From: an uncultured delta proteobacterium
GTDB taxonomy: Bacteria; Myxococcota_A; Polyangia; Fen-1088
NCBI GenBank assembly: GCA_963755125.1
Contig: CAVWIP010000001.1
Span: 224,001-288,000, forward strand
Length of the DNA: 64,000 bases
Reading direction: 5' to 3'
Position 1 is the first letter of the stretch. Each line of letters opens with the position of its first letter. This document shows, one piece after another, positions 1-9,009 of the stretch. The notes below the pieces were generated by a model. That model was not told the origin of the DNA. It saw only the letters and a list, made by a program, of their open reading frames with translations, and ran no database searches. The position numbers and the translations under genes were made by a program.

Positions 1-1643
1 TTGACCGACAGGCGGGCTGGCTTGGGGTCGAGGTTGACGTAGAGGTGATCCCCGGGCGGCCGGTACACCTGCGGCCCCACGGTCACTTCCTTTCGGTTAC
101 AGCAAGTGTCGTTGCGGAACTCCAAGATGTGAGGCCCGTCCCACGGAATCGCGATGCGGTCCTGCCGGGGACCGAAATCAAAACGTTTCTGGCCGTCCAT
201 CCAGACTTCGACCTTTGGGGGATGAGGTCCCAAGGTCAACTCGACTCGCTGAGGGTTGGCCGAGGCCGCGCCACGGGGCGACTCGCGTGCGGTTTCATCG
301 CGTGGGTCAGGCCGCTCGGCAGACGTCGGCGGTCTTCTTGACTCCCGTTGCGCGCGGCTCGCTGTAGCGGCCGCACTCTGCGGGCGGGCCACCAACTTGG
401 CGAGCGGCGACGGAGACTTCGGCTCTCCGACGGTGGTCGGGCTGCTTGGCCCCGGAGGTTGCATGCTGCCGGCCATCCTCTCACCGCTGCCGCCCTGATT
501 AGCCCGCACCGCCCGTCGCCAGATTGCAAAAGTTCCGGCCCCTATCCCCGCGAGAACCGCCAGCACGACGGCTAGGGTCACCCAGCGCCGGACGCGTTCG
601 CCTCGCTCCAGCCGTCGTAGCTCGGCCAGAACGGTGGGATTCTCTGGTTCCAGGGCCAGGGCGCGGTTCCAAAGTTCCAGCGAGCGAGCGCTGCGGCCAG
701 CCGCCTGCTCACGCTGGCCTGACGCCACCAGGGCCGTCGCGAGACGGTGCTCCAGGCCCTTGTCGTAGCTTTCGGGGTTCGTGAGGTACTGGCGCAGTTC
801 CTCGCGAACGTTTTCAAGACCCGCGTCGGCCACGAAGGTGCGCAGGTCATCCAGCATGAGGGTAAGGCGCGGATAGCGGTCGTCGGGATGTCGCGCCAGC
901 GAGCGCGTGATGACCTTGGCCAGATGGTCGGATATCCGCGGGCTCACCGTGCGCGGGTCAGCGAAACGGCCCTCACCGATGCGCTTCAGCACCTCGTGCG
1001 GGTTCTTCCCCGCGAAAGGCAACACGCCGGTCGCCATCTGATACAACATGACCCCCAGCGAAAAAACGTCGCTGCGAAAATCGAGAGTCTTGCCGTCGAG
1101 CACCTCGGGCGCCATGTAGGCTGGCGAGCCCAAGATCTGTCCCGTCACGGTCATCCGCTCCAGGTCCACGACCTGCGCCACACCAAAGTCCATCAGCTTG
1201 ATGGCCCCGTCCTTGCGGACCATCACGTTCTCGGGCTTGACGTCGCGGTGGATGATGCCAAACGAGTGCGCGTGGGCCAGGGCGCTGCCGACCTCCAGCA
1301 CGATGAGCGCCGCCAGTTCGGGCACGGGCAACTTTCGGTTGGCCAGAAATTGTTTCAGGGTCTGGCCATCGATGAACTCCGTGACGATGAAGGATGACTC
1401 CGCGTCGTCTCCCGAGTAGTCGAAAATCTGCAGGATGCCGTCGTGGTTCAGTTTGGCGACGGCCCGCGCCTCACGCTGCAGGCGTGCCCTTGATTCGGCC
1501 TCGGCCAGCAAGTGCGGGTGCAGCACCTTGACCGCCACCTCGCGCCGCAGGGTTTCGTCCTGCGCACGATAGACCACCGCCATGCCGCCCTGGCCGACTT
1601 CCTCAATGATTCGATATCGCGATGGCAGGGGGTTGGGAACCAT
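1..1643 (-). CDS. Ser/Thr protein kinase (Hanks type) with a TM segment and extracellular C-terminus; 3' end runs off the window
   Basis: Translated by hand from ATG at 1643 (absent from the ORF track because there is no stop): MVPNPLPSRYRIIEEVGQGGMAVVYRAQDETLRREVAVKVL, then HRDVKPEN, DFG and GSPAYMAPE motifs. Confidence 0.93.
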   Translation of the reverse strand, partial: MVPNPLPSRYRIIEEVGQGGMAVVYRAQDETLRREVAVKVLHPHLLAEAESRARLQREARAVAKLNHDGILQIFDYSGDDAESSFIVTEFIDGQTLKQFLANRKLPVPELAALIVLEVGSALAHAHSFGIIHRDVKPENVMVRKDGAIKLMDFGVAQVVDLERMTVTGQILGSPAYMAPEVLDGKTLDFRSDVFSLGVMLYQMATGVLPFAGKNPHEVLKRIGEGRFADPRTVSPRISDHLAKVITRSLARHPDDRYPRLTLMLDDLRTFVADAGLENVREELRQYLTNPESYDKGLEHRLATALVASGQREQAAGRSARSLELWNRALALEPENPTVLAELRRLERGERVRRWVTLAVVLAVLAGIGAGTFAIWRRAVRANQGGSGERMAGSMQPPGPSSPTTVGEPKSPSPLAKLVARPQSAAATASRAQRESRRPPTSAERPDPRDETARESPRGAASANPQRVELTLGPHPPKVEVWMDGQKRFDFGPRQDRIAIPWDGPHILEFRNDTCCNRKEVTVGPQVYRPPGDHLYVNLDPKPARLSV

Positions 1644-1791
1644 AGTCACCACACGACGACAAGGCCAGCAGGACTAGGCTAGGCGTTCGATACTACGAGA
1701 CGAAGGGCCCACATACAACCAACAACTCAGCGCGTTGCGTGGGAGCTACAGGTTGACCCCAAGACGAGCCGAGACGACTATCTGCCGATTC

Positions 1792-3678
1792 ATGGGATCC
1801 GGCAATGTGAAAACGTCCAATTCCGCTTTCTCCGCGCGGACTGCTGGCGACATCTGGCGCGTCCGCGCAGCCCTGGCCGGAGACAGCATCGCGTTTCGGG
1901 TTCGCGATGGGGACGACTGGCGCGGCATCACCTGGCAGCAGGCGGACGTGATGGCACGCCAGATTGCCGGCGGGCTGGCGAGCTTGGGAATCGGCGCGGG
2001 TGAGTGCGTTTGCATTCTGGCCCAGACGCGGCTCGAATGGGTGCTCTGTGATGTCGGGCTGGTCCTCGCCGGCGCGGTGTCGGTGCCCATATACCCATCA
2101 AGCACGCCCGAGCAGTGTGCCTCCATTGTAAAAGACAGCGGCGCCCGGACGGTGATCGTCGAGGACGCCGCGCAGATGGACAAGCTGGTGCCTCTCCTGG
2201 CGCAGAACCCGAAGCTGCGTCTCGTCTTCTTCGATGGTAGCTCCAACCTCGAACATTCCGATGCCCGGAGCGGAAAGAAACCTCGGTTGCATGAGGTACT
2301 GGTTGCAGTGGAAAAGGCTGGTGGGCTGACGCCTCTGTCGCTGGCGGCATTGCGCCAGGCAGGCCAGGCGTGGCTGGCGGGCCATTTGGCAGAGTTGGAG
2401 CAGCGCTTAGCTGAGATCGGGCCCGACGATGTGTTCACCATCGTCTACACCTCGGGCACGACGGGACGGCCCAAGGGGGTGGTGCTGACCCACCGAAACA
2501 TGGTCGAGTCTTTTGCCAGCGCCATCCGCGCCTTCGATCTGCGCGACACGGACGTGCAGCTTCTCTTCTTGCCCCTAGCTCACGTACTCGGTCGTGAGAT
2601 GGAATGGGCGCCCATTCTGGCGGGCTCATCGATCGCGTTTTCCACCGGAGCGTCTCGCATCAAGTTCGACCTGGTGGACGTGCGGCCCACGTTCATGGCC
2701 GGCGTGCCGCGCGTCTTCGAAAAACTGCACACGGCGATCACCACGGCAACGGGGCAGGGGAGTTGGCCCAAACGCGCTCTGGTCGGATGGGCATTCAAGG
2801 TCGGAGCGCGGTACGCGGGCGGTTTGCGCCGGGGCGAGTCGCCTCGGTTCGGCGTGCGCATCGAGCACGCCTTGGCCGACCGGCTGGTCCTGTCCAAGCT
2901 GCGCGCTCGTCTGGGTTTCAACCGCTGTCGCTTCCTGATCTCGGGCGGCGCGCCGCTGTCTGCCGAGATTGCGGAATTCTTCCATGGCATCGGGCTCCTG
3001 GTACTCGAAGGGTACGGTCTGACCGAGACCGTGGCCGCCGCGTTCGTCAACCGCTGGAACCGCTTTCGCTTCGGCACCGTGGGACCCGCCATCGACGTGA
3101 TTCAGTATCGCATTGCCGAGGACGGCGAGATCCTGGTGCGCGGGCCGTCGGTCTTCACCCGCTATCACAACGATGCAGCCGCCACGGCCGAGGCCATCGA
3201 TGCCGAGGGCTGGTTTCATTCGGGCGACATCGGCCGGGTCGAGGATGGGTTCTTGAGCATCGTGGATCGCAAGAAGGACATCATCGTGACGGCAGGTGGG
3301 AAGAACGTGGCGCCCCAGATGGTCGAAACCGCACTAAAGGCCCACTGCCCGCTGATCAGTCAGGTGGTGGTGTTCGGCGACAAACGCCCGCACTGCGTAG
3401 CCATCGTCACGCTGTCGGAGACCGCCGCACGTCAGTTTGGAGGCGGAAACCTGGCCCGTGCCGCTTCACGGTCCGAGTTGCGTGTGGCCGTGGAAGACGC
3501 GGTGGCCGCGATCAACCGGACCCTGGCCTCCTACGAGACCATCAAGAACTTCGCCATCCTGCCAGCCGATTTTTCCGAAGCCGCGGGCGAGCTGACCCCC
3601 AGCCTCAAGGTCAAGCGGGATGTGGTGCGGAGCCGCTACGCTCACATCGTCGATGTCCTGTACGAGAAGCCTGTATAG
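1792..3678 (+). CDS. Long-chain fatty acid-CoA ligase (AMP-dependent synthetase)
   Basis: YTSGTTGRPKG AMP-binding motif, GYGLTE, GWFHSGDIG, ELTPSLKVKR. Confidence 0.92.
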   Translation: MGSGNVKTSNSAFSARTAGDIWRVRAALAGDSIAFRVRDGDDWRGITWQQADVMARQIAGGLASLGIGAGECVCILAQTRLEWVLCDVGLVLAGAVSVPIYPSSTPEQCASIVKDSGARTVIVEDAAQMDKLVPLLAQNPKLRLVFFDGSSNLEHSDARSGKKPRLHEVLVAVEKAGGLTPLSLAALRQAGQAWLAGHLAELEQRLAEIGPDDVFTIVYTSGTTGRPKGVVLTHRNMVESFASAIRAFDLRDTDVQLLFLPLAHVLGREMEWAPILAGSSIAFSTGASRIKFDLVDVRPTFMAGVPRVFEKLHTAITTATGQGSWPKRALVGWAFKVGARYAGGLRRGESPRFGVRIEHALADRLVLSKLRARLGFNRCRFLISGGAPLSAEIAEFFHGIGLLVLEGYGLTETVAAAFVNRWNRFRFGTVGPAIDVIQYRIAEDGEILVRGPSVFTRYHNDAAATAEAIDAEGWFHSGDIGRVEDGFLSIVDRKKDIIVTAGGKNVAPQMVETALKAHCPLISQVVVFGDKRPHCVAIVTLSETAARQFGGGNLARAASRSELRVAVEDAVAAINRTLASYETIKNFAILPADFSEAAGELTPSLKVKRDVVRSRYAHIVDVLYEKPV

Positions 3679-3724
3679 CACTGTCCGCACGCAACCTGGA
3701 ACCCGTCGCAGCCGATAACCCTGC

Positions 3725-4444
3725 ATGCTGCTTCGGCTCGCCGCAGGTCTTCTCTGGCCCGCGCGCTGTGCTGCCTGTAACGCCTTCGTGCCCGAAGGCA
3801 GGGCGTTTTGCGAGAGCTGTGCGGTTACGGTAGCGGCAGTCGATCGTCCCTGTCACGGATGTGGTTTGCCTGTAGATGACGGCCGCGATGAGAGCAGGCG
3901 CTGTCAGGGTTGCCAGGCCAGGCCGCTGCCCTTTTCGCGGGTTTGGACGGTGCTGGCCTACGGGGGCGCTACCACCGAAGCGGTTCTTCACCTGAAACAC
4001 GGAAGGCGTCGCCACCTGGCGCGACCCTTGGGCGCCTTGCTCGCGCCTGCCGTCGCAGCCGCGCTCGACAGCGGAGTGGACGCGCTGTGCCCGGTCCCCC
4101 TGCACCCCCGCCGTCTGCGCCAGAGAGGATTCAACCAGGCGCTGGAACTCCTGCGCGTGGCGGAAAAGCTCTCCCGCCGGCCAGCGTCCCGACCGCTGGT
4201 GGCTTTCAACGGCTTGCGCCGGGTTCGCGATACGCCGGCGCTGGGCTGGGAGTCGCCGGCGTCGCGGCGGCGGATCGTGGCCGGGGCCTTTGCCGTCGAG
4301 CGGCCGGGATGGGTTCGGGGTCGGCGGATCTTGCTGGTGGACGATGTCATGACCACGGGCGCCACGTTGGCCGAATGCACGCGCGTCTTGCTTCAGGCCG
4401 GAGCCGCCGAGGTGCAAGTGGCGGCATTGGCCAGAGTCGACTGA
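3725..4444 (+). CDS. comF: ComF family protein (double zinc ribbon plus PRTase domain)
   Basis: N-terminal CxxC pairs, PVPLH..R..RGFNQA, LLVDDVMTTGAT. Confidence 0.9.
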   Translation: MLLRLAAGLLWPARCAACNAFVPEGRAFCESCAVTVAAVDRPCHGCGLPVDDGRDESRRCQGCQARPLPFSRVWTVLAYGGATTEAVLHLKHGRRRHLARPLGALLAPAVAAALDSGVDALCPVPLHPRRLRQRGFNQALELLRVAEKLSRRPASRPLVAFNGLRRVRDTPALGWESPASRRRIVAGAFAVERPGWVRGRRILLVDDVMTTGATLAECTRVLLQAGAAEVQVAALARVD

Positions 4445-4506
4445 TTCTCTGCTTGACTCTACCGTCGCCGTCGCTAACGTAGCCCGCCTGAACCAAACAG
4501 ACTCAC

Positions 4507-4581
<75 letters not shown>

Positions 4582-4734
4582 TTTGTATTCAGGCTTCAGC
4601 GCCGGGGGGCGTCGGTGCTATCCTTCCGCCGTTGCAACCCGCGACCCTTGCCCACGCAGTCCGCGCCGACCGGCCCCCGCCAGCGAGCGCCTATCCCCTG
4701 TCAGCCGGATGTTTGCGTTCGGAGACCAAAGACC

Positions 4735-6537
4735 GTGAGTGAACGCCCGGTGATCCGCCCCCGCGACAAGGGGGATGTGCCTGATGATCCGCTGTCCCGC
4801 ATGCGCCATTCAGCCTCCCACGTGATGGCTGATGCGGTTCAGCGCCTGCGGCCCAAGGCCAAAGTGACCATCGGACCGGCCATCGAGAACGGATTCTACT
4901 ACGACTTCGACACCGAGCCGTTCGCGCCCGAGGACATCGAGAAGATCGAGGCCGAGATGGCCAAGATCGTCGCGCAGGATCTACCCTTCGTGCGCAAGGT
5001 GGTTTCGCGGCCAGAGGCCCTGCGTCTGTTTGCCGACAAGGGCGAGAGCTACAAGGTCGAAATCATCCAGTCGATTCCCGAGGGCGAAGAGATTTCGCTG
5101 TACCAGCACGGCGACTTCGTGGACCTGTGCGCCGGGCCGCACATCGAACGCACCGGGCAGATCGAGGCTTTCAAGGTGCTGTCGTTCGCGGGTGCCTACT
5201 GGCGCGGCGACGAGCGCAATCCGCAACTCCAGCGCGTGTACGGCACGGCGTTCGCGTCCAAGGACGATCTGAAAGCCCACCTGGATCGTCTTGAAGAGGC
5301 TAAGCGCCGCGATCACCGCGTGCTGGGCAAGCAACTGGACCTGTTCTCCGTCGACGAGCTGGTGGGCCCGGGCTTCGTGCTCTGGCACCCCAAGGGCGCC
5401 ATCGTGCGCACCGTGCTCGAGGATCTCATCCGTCGCGAGTTGGTACGCCGAGGCTATCAGGTCGTGTTCACCCCGCATGTGGCACGCGAGCAGTTGCTGG
5501 AGAAATCCGGCCACATGGCGCACTACAAAGAGAACCTGTTCGGCGGCATGGAACTGGAAGGCCAGCGCTATCTGGTCCGGCCCATGAACTGCCCCTTCCA
5601 CATCGCCATCTACCGGTCGCAGCTTCGCTCGCACCGCGAGTTGCCCATCCGCTACGCCGAGCTGGGAACCGTGTACCGCTACGAGCGCTCGGGCGTGCTG
5701 CACGGCCTGCTGCGCGTGCGCGGATTCACCCAGGATGACGCCCACCTATTTCTGCGTGAAGAGCAGATTGAGGAAGAAATGGCCGCCTGCGTGCGCTTCG
5801 GCCTCGACATCCTCAAGGTCTTCGGCTTTGCCGATGTGAAGGCATTTTTGGCGACCCGTCCGGAGAATTTCATGGGCGACAGGGCGGCCTGGGACCGGGC
5901 CGAGGCCGCCATCCGGCGCGTGCTGGAGGCTGCGGGCATGCCCTTCGAGGTGGATGAAGGCGGCGGCGCCTTCTACGGCCCCAAGATCGATCTGAAGATC
6001 CGCGACGCCCTCGGCCGCGAATGGCAGTGCACCACCTTCCAGCTCGATTTCCAGCTTCCCGAGCGCTTCGCGCTGGAGTACGTGGCGCCCGACGGTTCGC
6101 GCCAGCGGCCAGTCATGATCCACCGCGCGCTGTTCGGATCGATGGAGCGCTTCATGGCGGTTCTCATCGAGCACTTTGCTGGTGCCTTCCCGCTCTGGCT
6201 CGCGCCGGTACAGGCGCGCGTGCTCACCGTGAGTGAAAAGGCCGATGTCTGGGGCCGCGAGGTGCAGGCGCGCCTCTTGGCGGCCGACCTGCGCGCGGAC
6301 GCCGATCTGTCGGCCGACAAGCTCGGCGCCAAGATCCGGCGCGCGCAGATGGAAAAGATTCCATACATGCTGGTAGTGGGCGAGAGAGACATGGCTGCCC
6401 GCGTGGTTTCGCCGCGGACGCGGGACGGCCAGCAGATGCCGGCCACGCCACTCGATGAGTTGGCGCAAAGGTTGGCGTCCGAAGCCGTGCCCCCTGTGCT
6501 CGGCGCTCCCTCGGCAGAGAAGAAACCGATCAGTTAG
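4735..6537 (+). CDS. thrS: Threonine--tRNA ligase, lacking the N-terminal TGS domain
   Basis: RHSASH editing motif, DLCAGPH, AYWRGD, RPMNCP, GAFYGPKID; GTG start inferred. Confidence 0.96.
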   Translation: MSERPVIRPRDKGDVPDDPLSRMRHSASHVMADAVQRLRPKAKVTIGPAIENGFYYDFDTEPFAPEDIEKIEAEMAKIVAQDLPFVRKVVSRPEALRLFADKGESYKVEIIQSIPEGEEISLYQHGDFVDLCAGPHIERTGQIEAFKVLSFAGAYWRGDERNPQLQRVYGTAFASKDDLKAHLDRLEEAKRRDHRVLGKQLDLFSVDELVGPGFVLWHPKGAIVRTVLEDLIRRELVRRGYQVVFTPHVAREQLLEKSGHMAHYKENLFGGMELEGQRYLVRPMNCPFHIAIYRSQLRSHRELPIRYAELGTVYRYERSGVLHGLLRVRGFTQDDAHLFLREEQIEEEMAACVRFGLDILKVFGFADVKAFLATRPENFMGDRAAWDRAEAAIRRVLEAAGMPFEVDEGGGAFYGPKIDLKIRDALGREWQCTTFQLDFQLPERFALEYVAPDGSRQRPVMIHRALFGSMERFMAVLIEHFAGAFPLWLAPVQARVLTVSEKADVWGREVQARLLAADLRADADLSADKLGAKIRRAQMEKIPYMLVVGERDMAARVVSPRTRDGQQMPATPLDELAQRLASEAVPPVLGAPSAEKKPIS

Positions 6538-6564
6538 CGCGGCGACCAACCAGGAGAAAAGACC

Positions 6565-7257
6565 ATCCCAAGGCCAGGCGGGTATTCGGGTTCCAGCGGA
6601 AGCGCTGCAGACAACTATCGCGTTGGGCGACGCATTCGCGTGCCCGAGGTGCGAGTCATCGGAGCGGACGGCTCTCAGGTCGGCATCTTGCCGACCTATG
6701 AAGCACTGAAACTCGCTGACGAACAGAACCTTGATCTGGTGGAGGTGAGCCCGCGGGCTGTCCCGCCGGTTTGCCGGATCATGGACTTCGGCAAGTTCAA
6801 GTATGAGGAATCGAAGAAGGAAAAGGCGTCGCGGCGGCACCAGTCCACGGTCGTCATCAAGGAAATAAAGCTTCGGCCCAAGACCGACAAGCACGACTTG
6901 GCCTTCAAGCTCAAGCACATCCATCGCTTCCTGGGCGAGGGTAACAAGTGCAAATTGGTGATCGTTTTTCGCGGACGCGAGATCGTTCACCCCGAGACCG
7001 GCCAGGCCATGCTGGACCAAGTCGTCAAGGGGTGTCTGGACATCGCAGCGGTCGAGCAGAAACCCATCATGGAAGGACGCCGAATGGTCATGATCATCGG
7101 CCCGCGCGCCGGTGTGATCCGACCGGCCAGTTCGTCCGGTCTAACGGCGTCGCCGTCCAGGCCGGGCGACCAGGAGAACGGACCCAATGCGAGCGACGCG
7201 CCAGCGGCGCCTTCCAGCGGGCCGCGTTTTGGGGCGCCCCCGTCGCAGAAAAGCTAG
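6565..7257 (+). CDS. infC: Translation initiation factor IF-3, non-canonical ATC start, C-terminal Pro/Ser/Ala-rich extension
   Basis: RIRVPEVRVI, PPVCRIMDFGKFKY, KEIKLRP; AGGAG at 6552-6556 lies 8 nt before an in-frame ATC at 6565. Confidence 0.93.
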   Translation: MPRPGGYSGSSGSAADNYRVGRRIRVPEVRVIGADGSQVGILPTYEALKLADEQNLDLVEVSPRAVPPVCRIMDFGKFKYEESKKEKASRRHQSTVVIKEIKLRPKTDKHDLAFKLKHIHRFLGEGNKCKLVIVFRGREIVHPETGQAMLDQVVKGCLDIAAVEQKPIMEGRRMVMIIGPRAGVIRPASSSGLTASPSRPGDQENGPNASDAPAAPSSGPRFGAPPSQKS

Positions 7258-7332
7258 TGCCAAAGGTTGGTTCCGCTTCAGGGCACTAGACTCTTGCACT
7301 GCCCGGCGAGACGGATATACTCCGCGCCTCCC

Positions 7333-7539
7333 ATGCCCAAGCTCAAAATGAAGACCAAGAGCAGCGTGAAGAAGCGCTTCAAGCTGACGGCCAAGGGACG
7401 CATCAAGAGGAAGCGTGCCTATCTGCGGCACATCCTCACGCCCAAGCGAACCAAGAACAAGCGGAAACTGCGTCGGGGCGGCTACATCGCCAAGACTCAG
7501 GAACATCAGATCAAGGCGATGATTCCGTACGGACTCTAG
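7333..7539 (+). CDS. rpmI: 50S ribosomal protein L35
   Basis: MPKLKMKTKSSVKKRFKLTAKG..HILT; position between infC and rplT. Confidence 0.95.
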   Translation: MPKLKMKTKSSVKKRFKLTAKGRIKRKRAYLRHILTPKRTKNKRKLRRGGYIAKTQEHQIKAMIPYGL

Positions 7540-7549
7540 GAGTTGACCC

Positions 7550-7903
7550 ATGCCTCGCGCTAAAGGTGGATTCAAGACAAAGCGACGCCGGGACCGCATT
7601 CGGAAGCATGCCAAGGGCTTTCGCGGCGGCCGCTCCAAGCTGTGGAAGGCAGCGGTAGAAGCCGTCCATCGCAAGTGGCGCTTCTCACTCTTCCATCGGC
7701 GCAAGAGGAAGGGCGATTTTCGGGGAGTGTGGATCGCGCGTATCAATGCCGCCAGCCGCGAACTCGGTGTTGCCTACTCGCGGCTCTTCGCCGGGCTAGA
7801 CAAGCAGGGCATCACTCTCGACCGCAAGATCCTCGCGGACCTGGCCATCAGCGACCCCAACGCCTTCAAGAAGGTCGTTGAGGCTGCCGGCGTGGCATCC
7901 TAG
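7550..7903 (+). CDS. rplT: 50S ribosomal protein L20
   Basis: [35 protein letters not shown]. Confidence 0.97.
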   Translation: MPRAKGGFKTKRRRDRIRKHAKGFRGGRSKLWKAAVEAVHRKWRFSLFHRRKRKGDFRGVWIARINAASRELGVAYSRLFAGLDKQGITLDRKILADLAISDPNAFKKVVEAAGVAS

Positions 7904-7926
7904 GCTCCTTTGGCAGCGGTTCCGTC

Positions 7927-9000
7927 GTGACTTCCGGCGAAGGAACCCCAGCGGCCCAGGATCTGATTTCAGCCTTCGAGTGCTTGATCGCGGAATTTTC
8001 GGCTGAGATCGCCTCACTTTCCAGCGAGCAGGATATGCGCGCGGTTCAGGCGCGCTACCTGGGCAAGAAGGGCAAGGCCACCGAACTGATGAAGGGCCTG
8101 GGCAGGCTGCCGCCATCCGACCGACCGGCAGTGGGCGAAGCCGCCAATCGAGCGCGTGCCGCTGTCGAACAGGCTGTGCAGGCTCGCTTGCAGGATCTGG
8201 CTGGCGCCGACTTGGCCGCCGATCTGGAGCGCAAGATCGACGTGACCCTGCCGGGCCGCGGCCGTCGCGCTGGAACCCTGCATCCGCTCACGCGGGTGCG
8301 GCTGGAAATCGAGCAGATCTTCCACGGCATGGGCTTCGAGGTGCGCACCGGCCCCTGGATCGAGACCGAATGGAACAACTTCGACGCGCTCAACACGCCG
8401 GCTGACCACCCGGCGCGTGACATGCAGGACACCTTCTATGTCGAGGGTGGCTTCATCCTGCGCTCGCACACATCGCCGGTGCAGATTCGCACCATGCTGG
8501 CCGGCCCGCCTCCGGTGAAGATCATCGCGCCCGGCAACGTATTTCGCCGTGACGACGACGCCACCCACACGCCCATGTTCCCGCAGTGCGAGGGGCTGCA
8601 CGTGGATCGCAACGTCAGCTTCGAAGACCTCAAGGCCACGCTGATCGTGTTCGTGCAGCGGTTCTTCGGGCCTGACACCCAGATCCGGCTGCGGCCCAGC
8701 TTCTTCCCCTTCACCGAGCCTTCGGCCGAGGTAGACGCCTCCTGTTTCCTGTGTGAAGGCAAGCAGCCCGCGCGCTCAACCTGCCGGCTGTGCAAGGGCA
8801 CCGGATGGCTGGAGATCGGTGGCTCCGGGATGGTTCACCCCAACGTGCTCAAGGCTGTCGGTTACGACAAGTACAACGTGACTGGATTCGCCTTTGGCAT
8901 GGGCCTGTCGCGCATGGCGATGCTCAAGTACGGGGTGCAGGACCTGCGCCTCTTTTACGAGAATGACCTGCGGTTTTTGCGCCAATTTCCAGCGAGTTAG
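7927..9000 (+). CDS. pheS: Phenylalanine--tRNA ligase alpha subunit
   Basis: HPARDMQDTFY, LRSHTSPVQ, RPSFFPFTEPS, GFAFGMG. Confidence 0.97.
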   Translation: MTSGEGTPAAQDLISAFECLIAEFSAEIASLSSEQDMRAVQARYLGKKGKATELMKGLGRLPPSDRPAVGEAANRARAAVEQAVQARLQDLAGADLAADLERKIDVTLPGRGRRAGTLHPLTRVRLEIEQIFHGMGFEVRTGPWIETEWNNFDALNTPADHPARDMQDTFYVEGGFILRSHTSPVQIRTMLAGPPPVKIIAPGNVFRRDDDATHTPMFPQCEGLHVDRNVSFEDLKATLIVFVQRFFGPDTQIRLRPSFFPFTEPSAEVDASCFLCEGKQPARSTCRLCKGTGWLEIGGSGMVHPNVLKAVGYDKYNVTGFAFGMGLSRMAMLKYGVQDLRLFYENDLRFLRQFPAS

Positions 9001-9009
9001 GGACGAATC

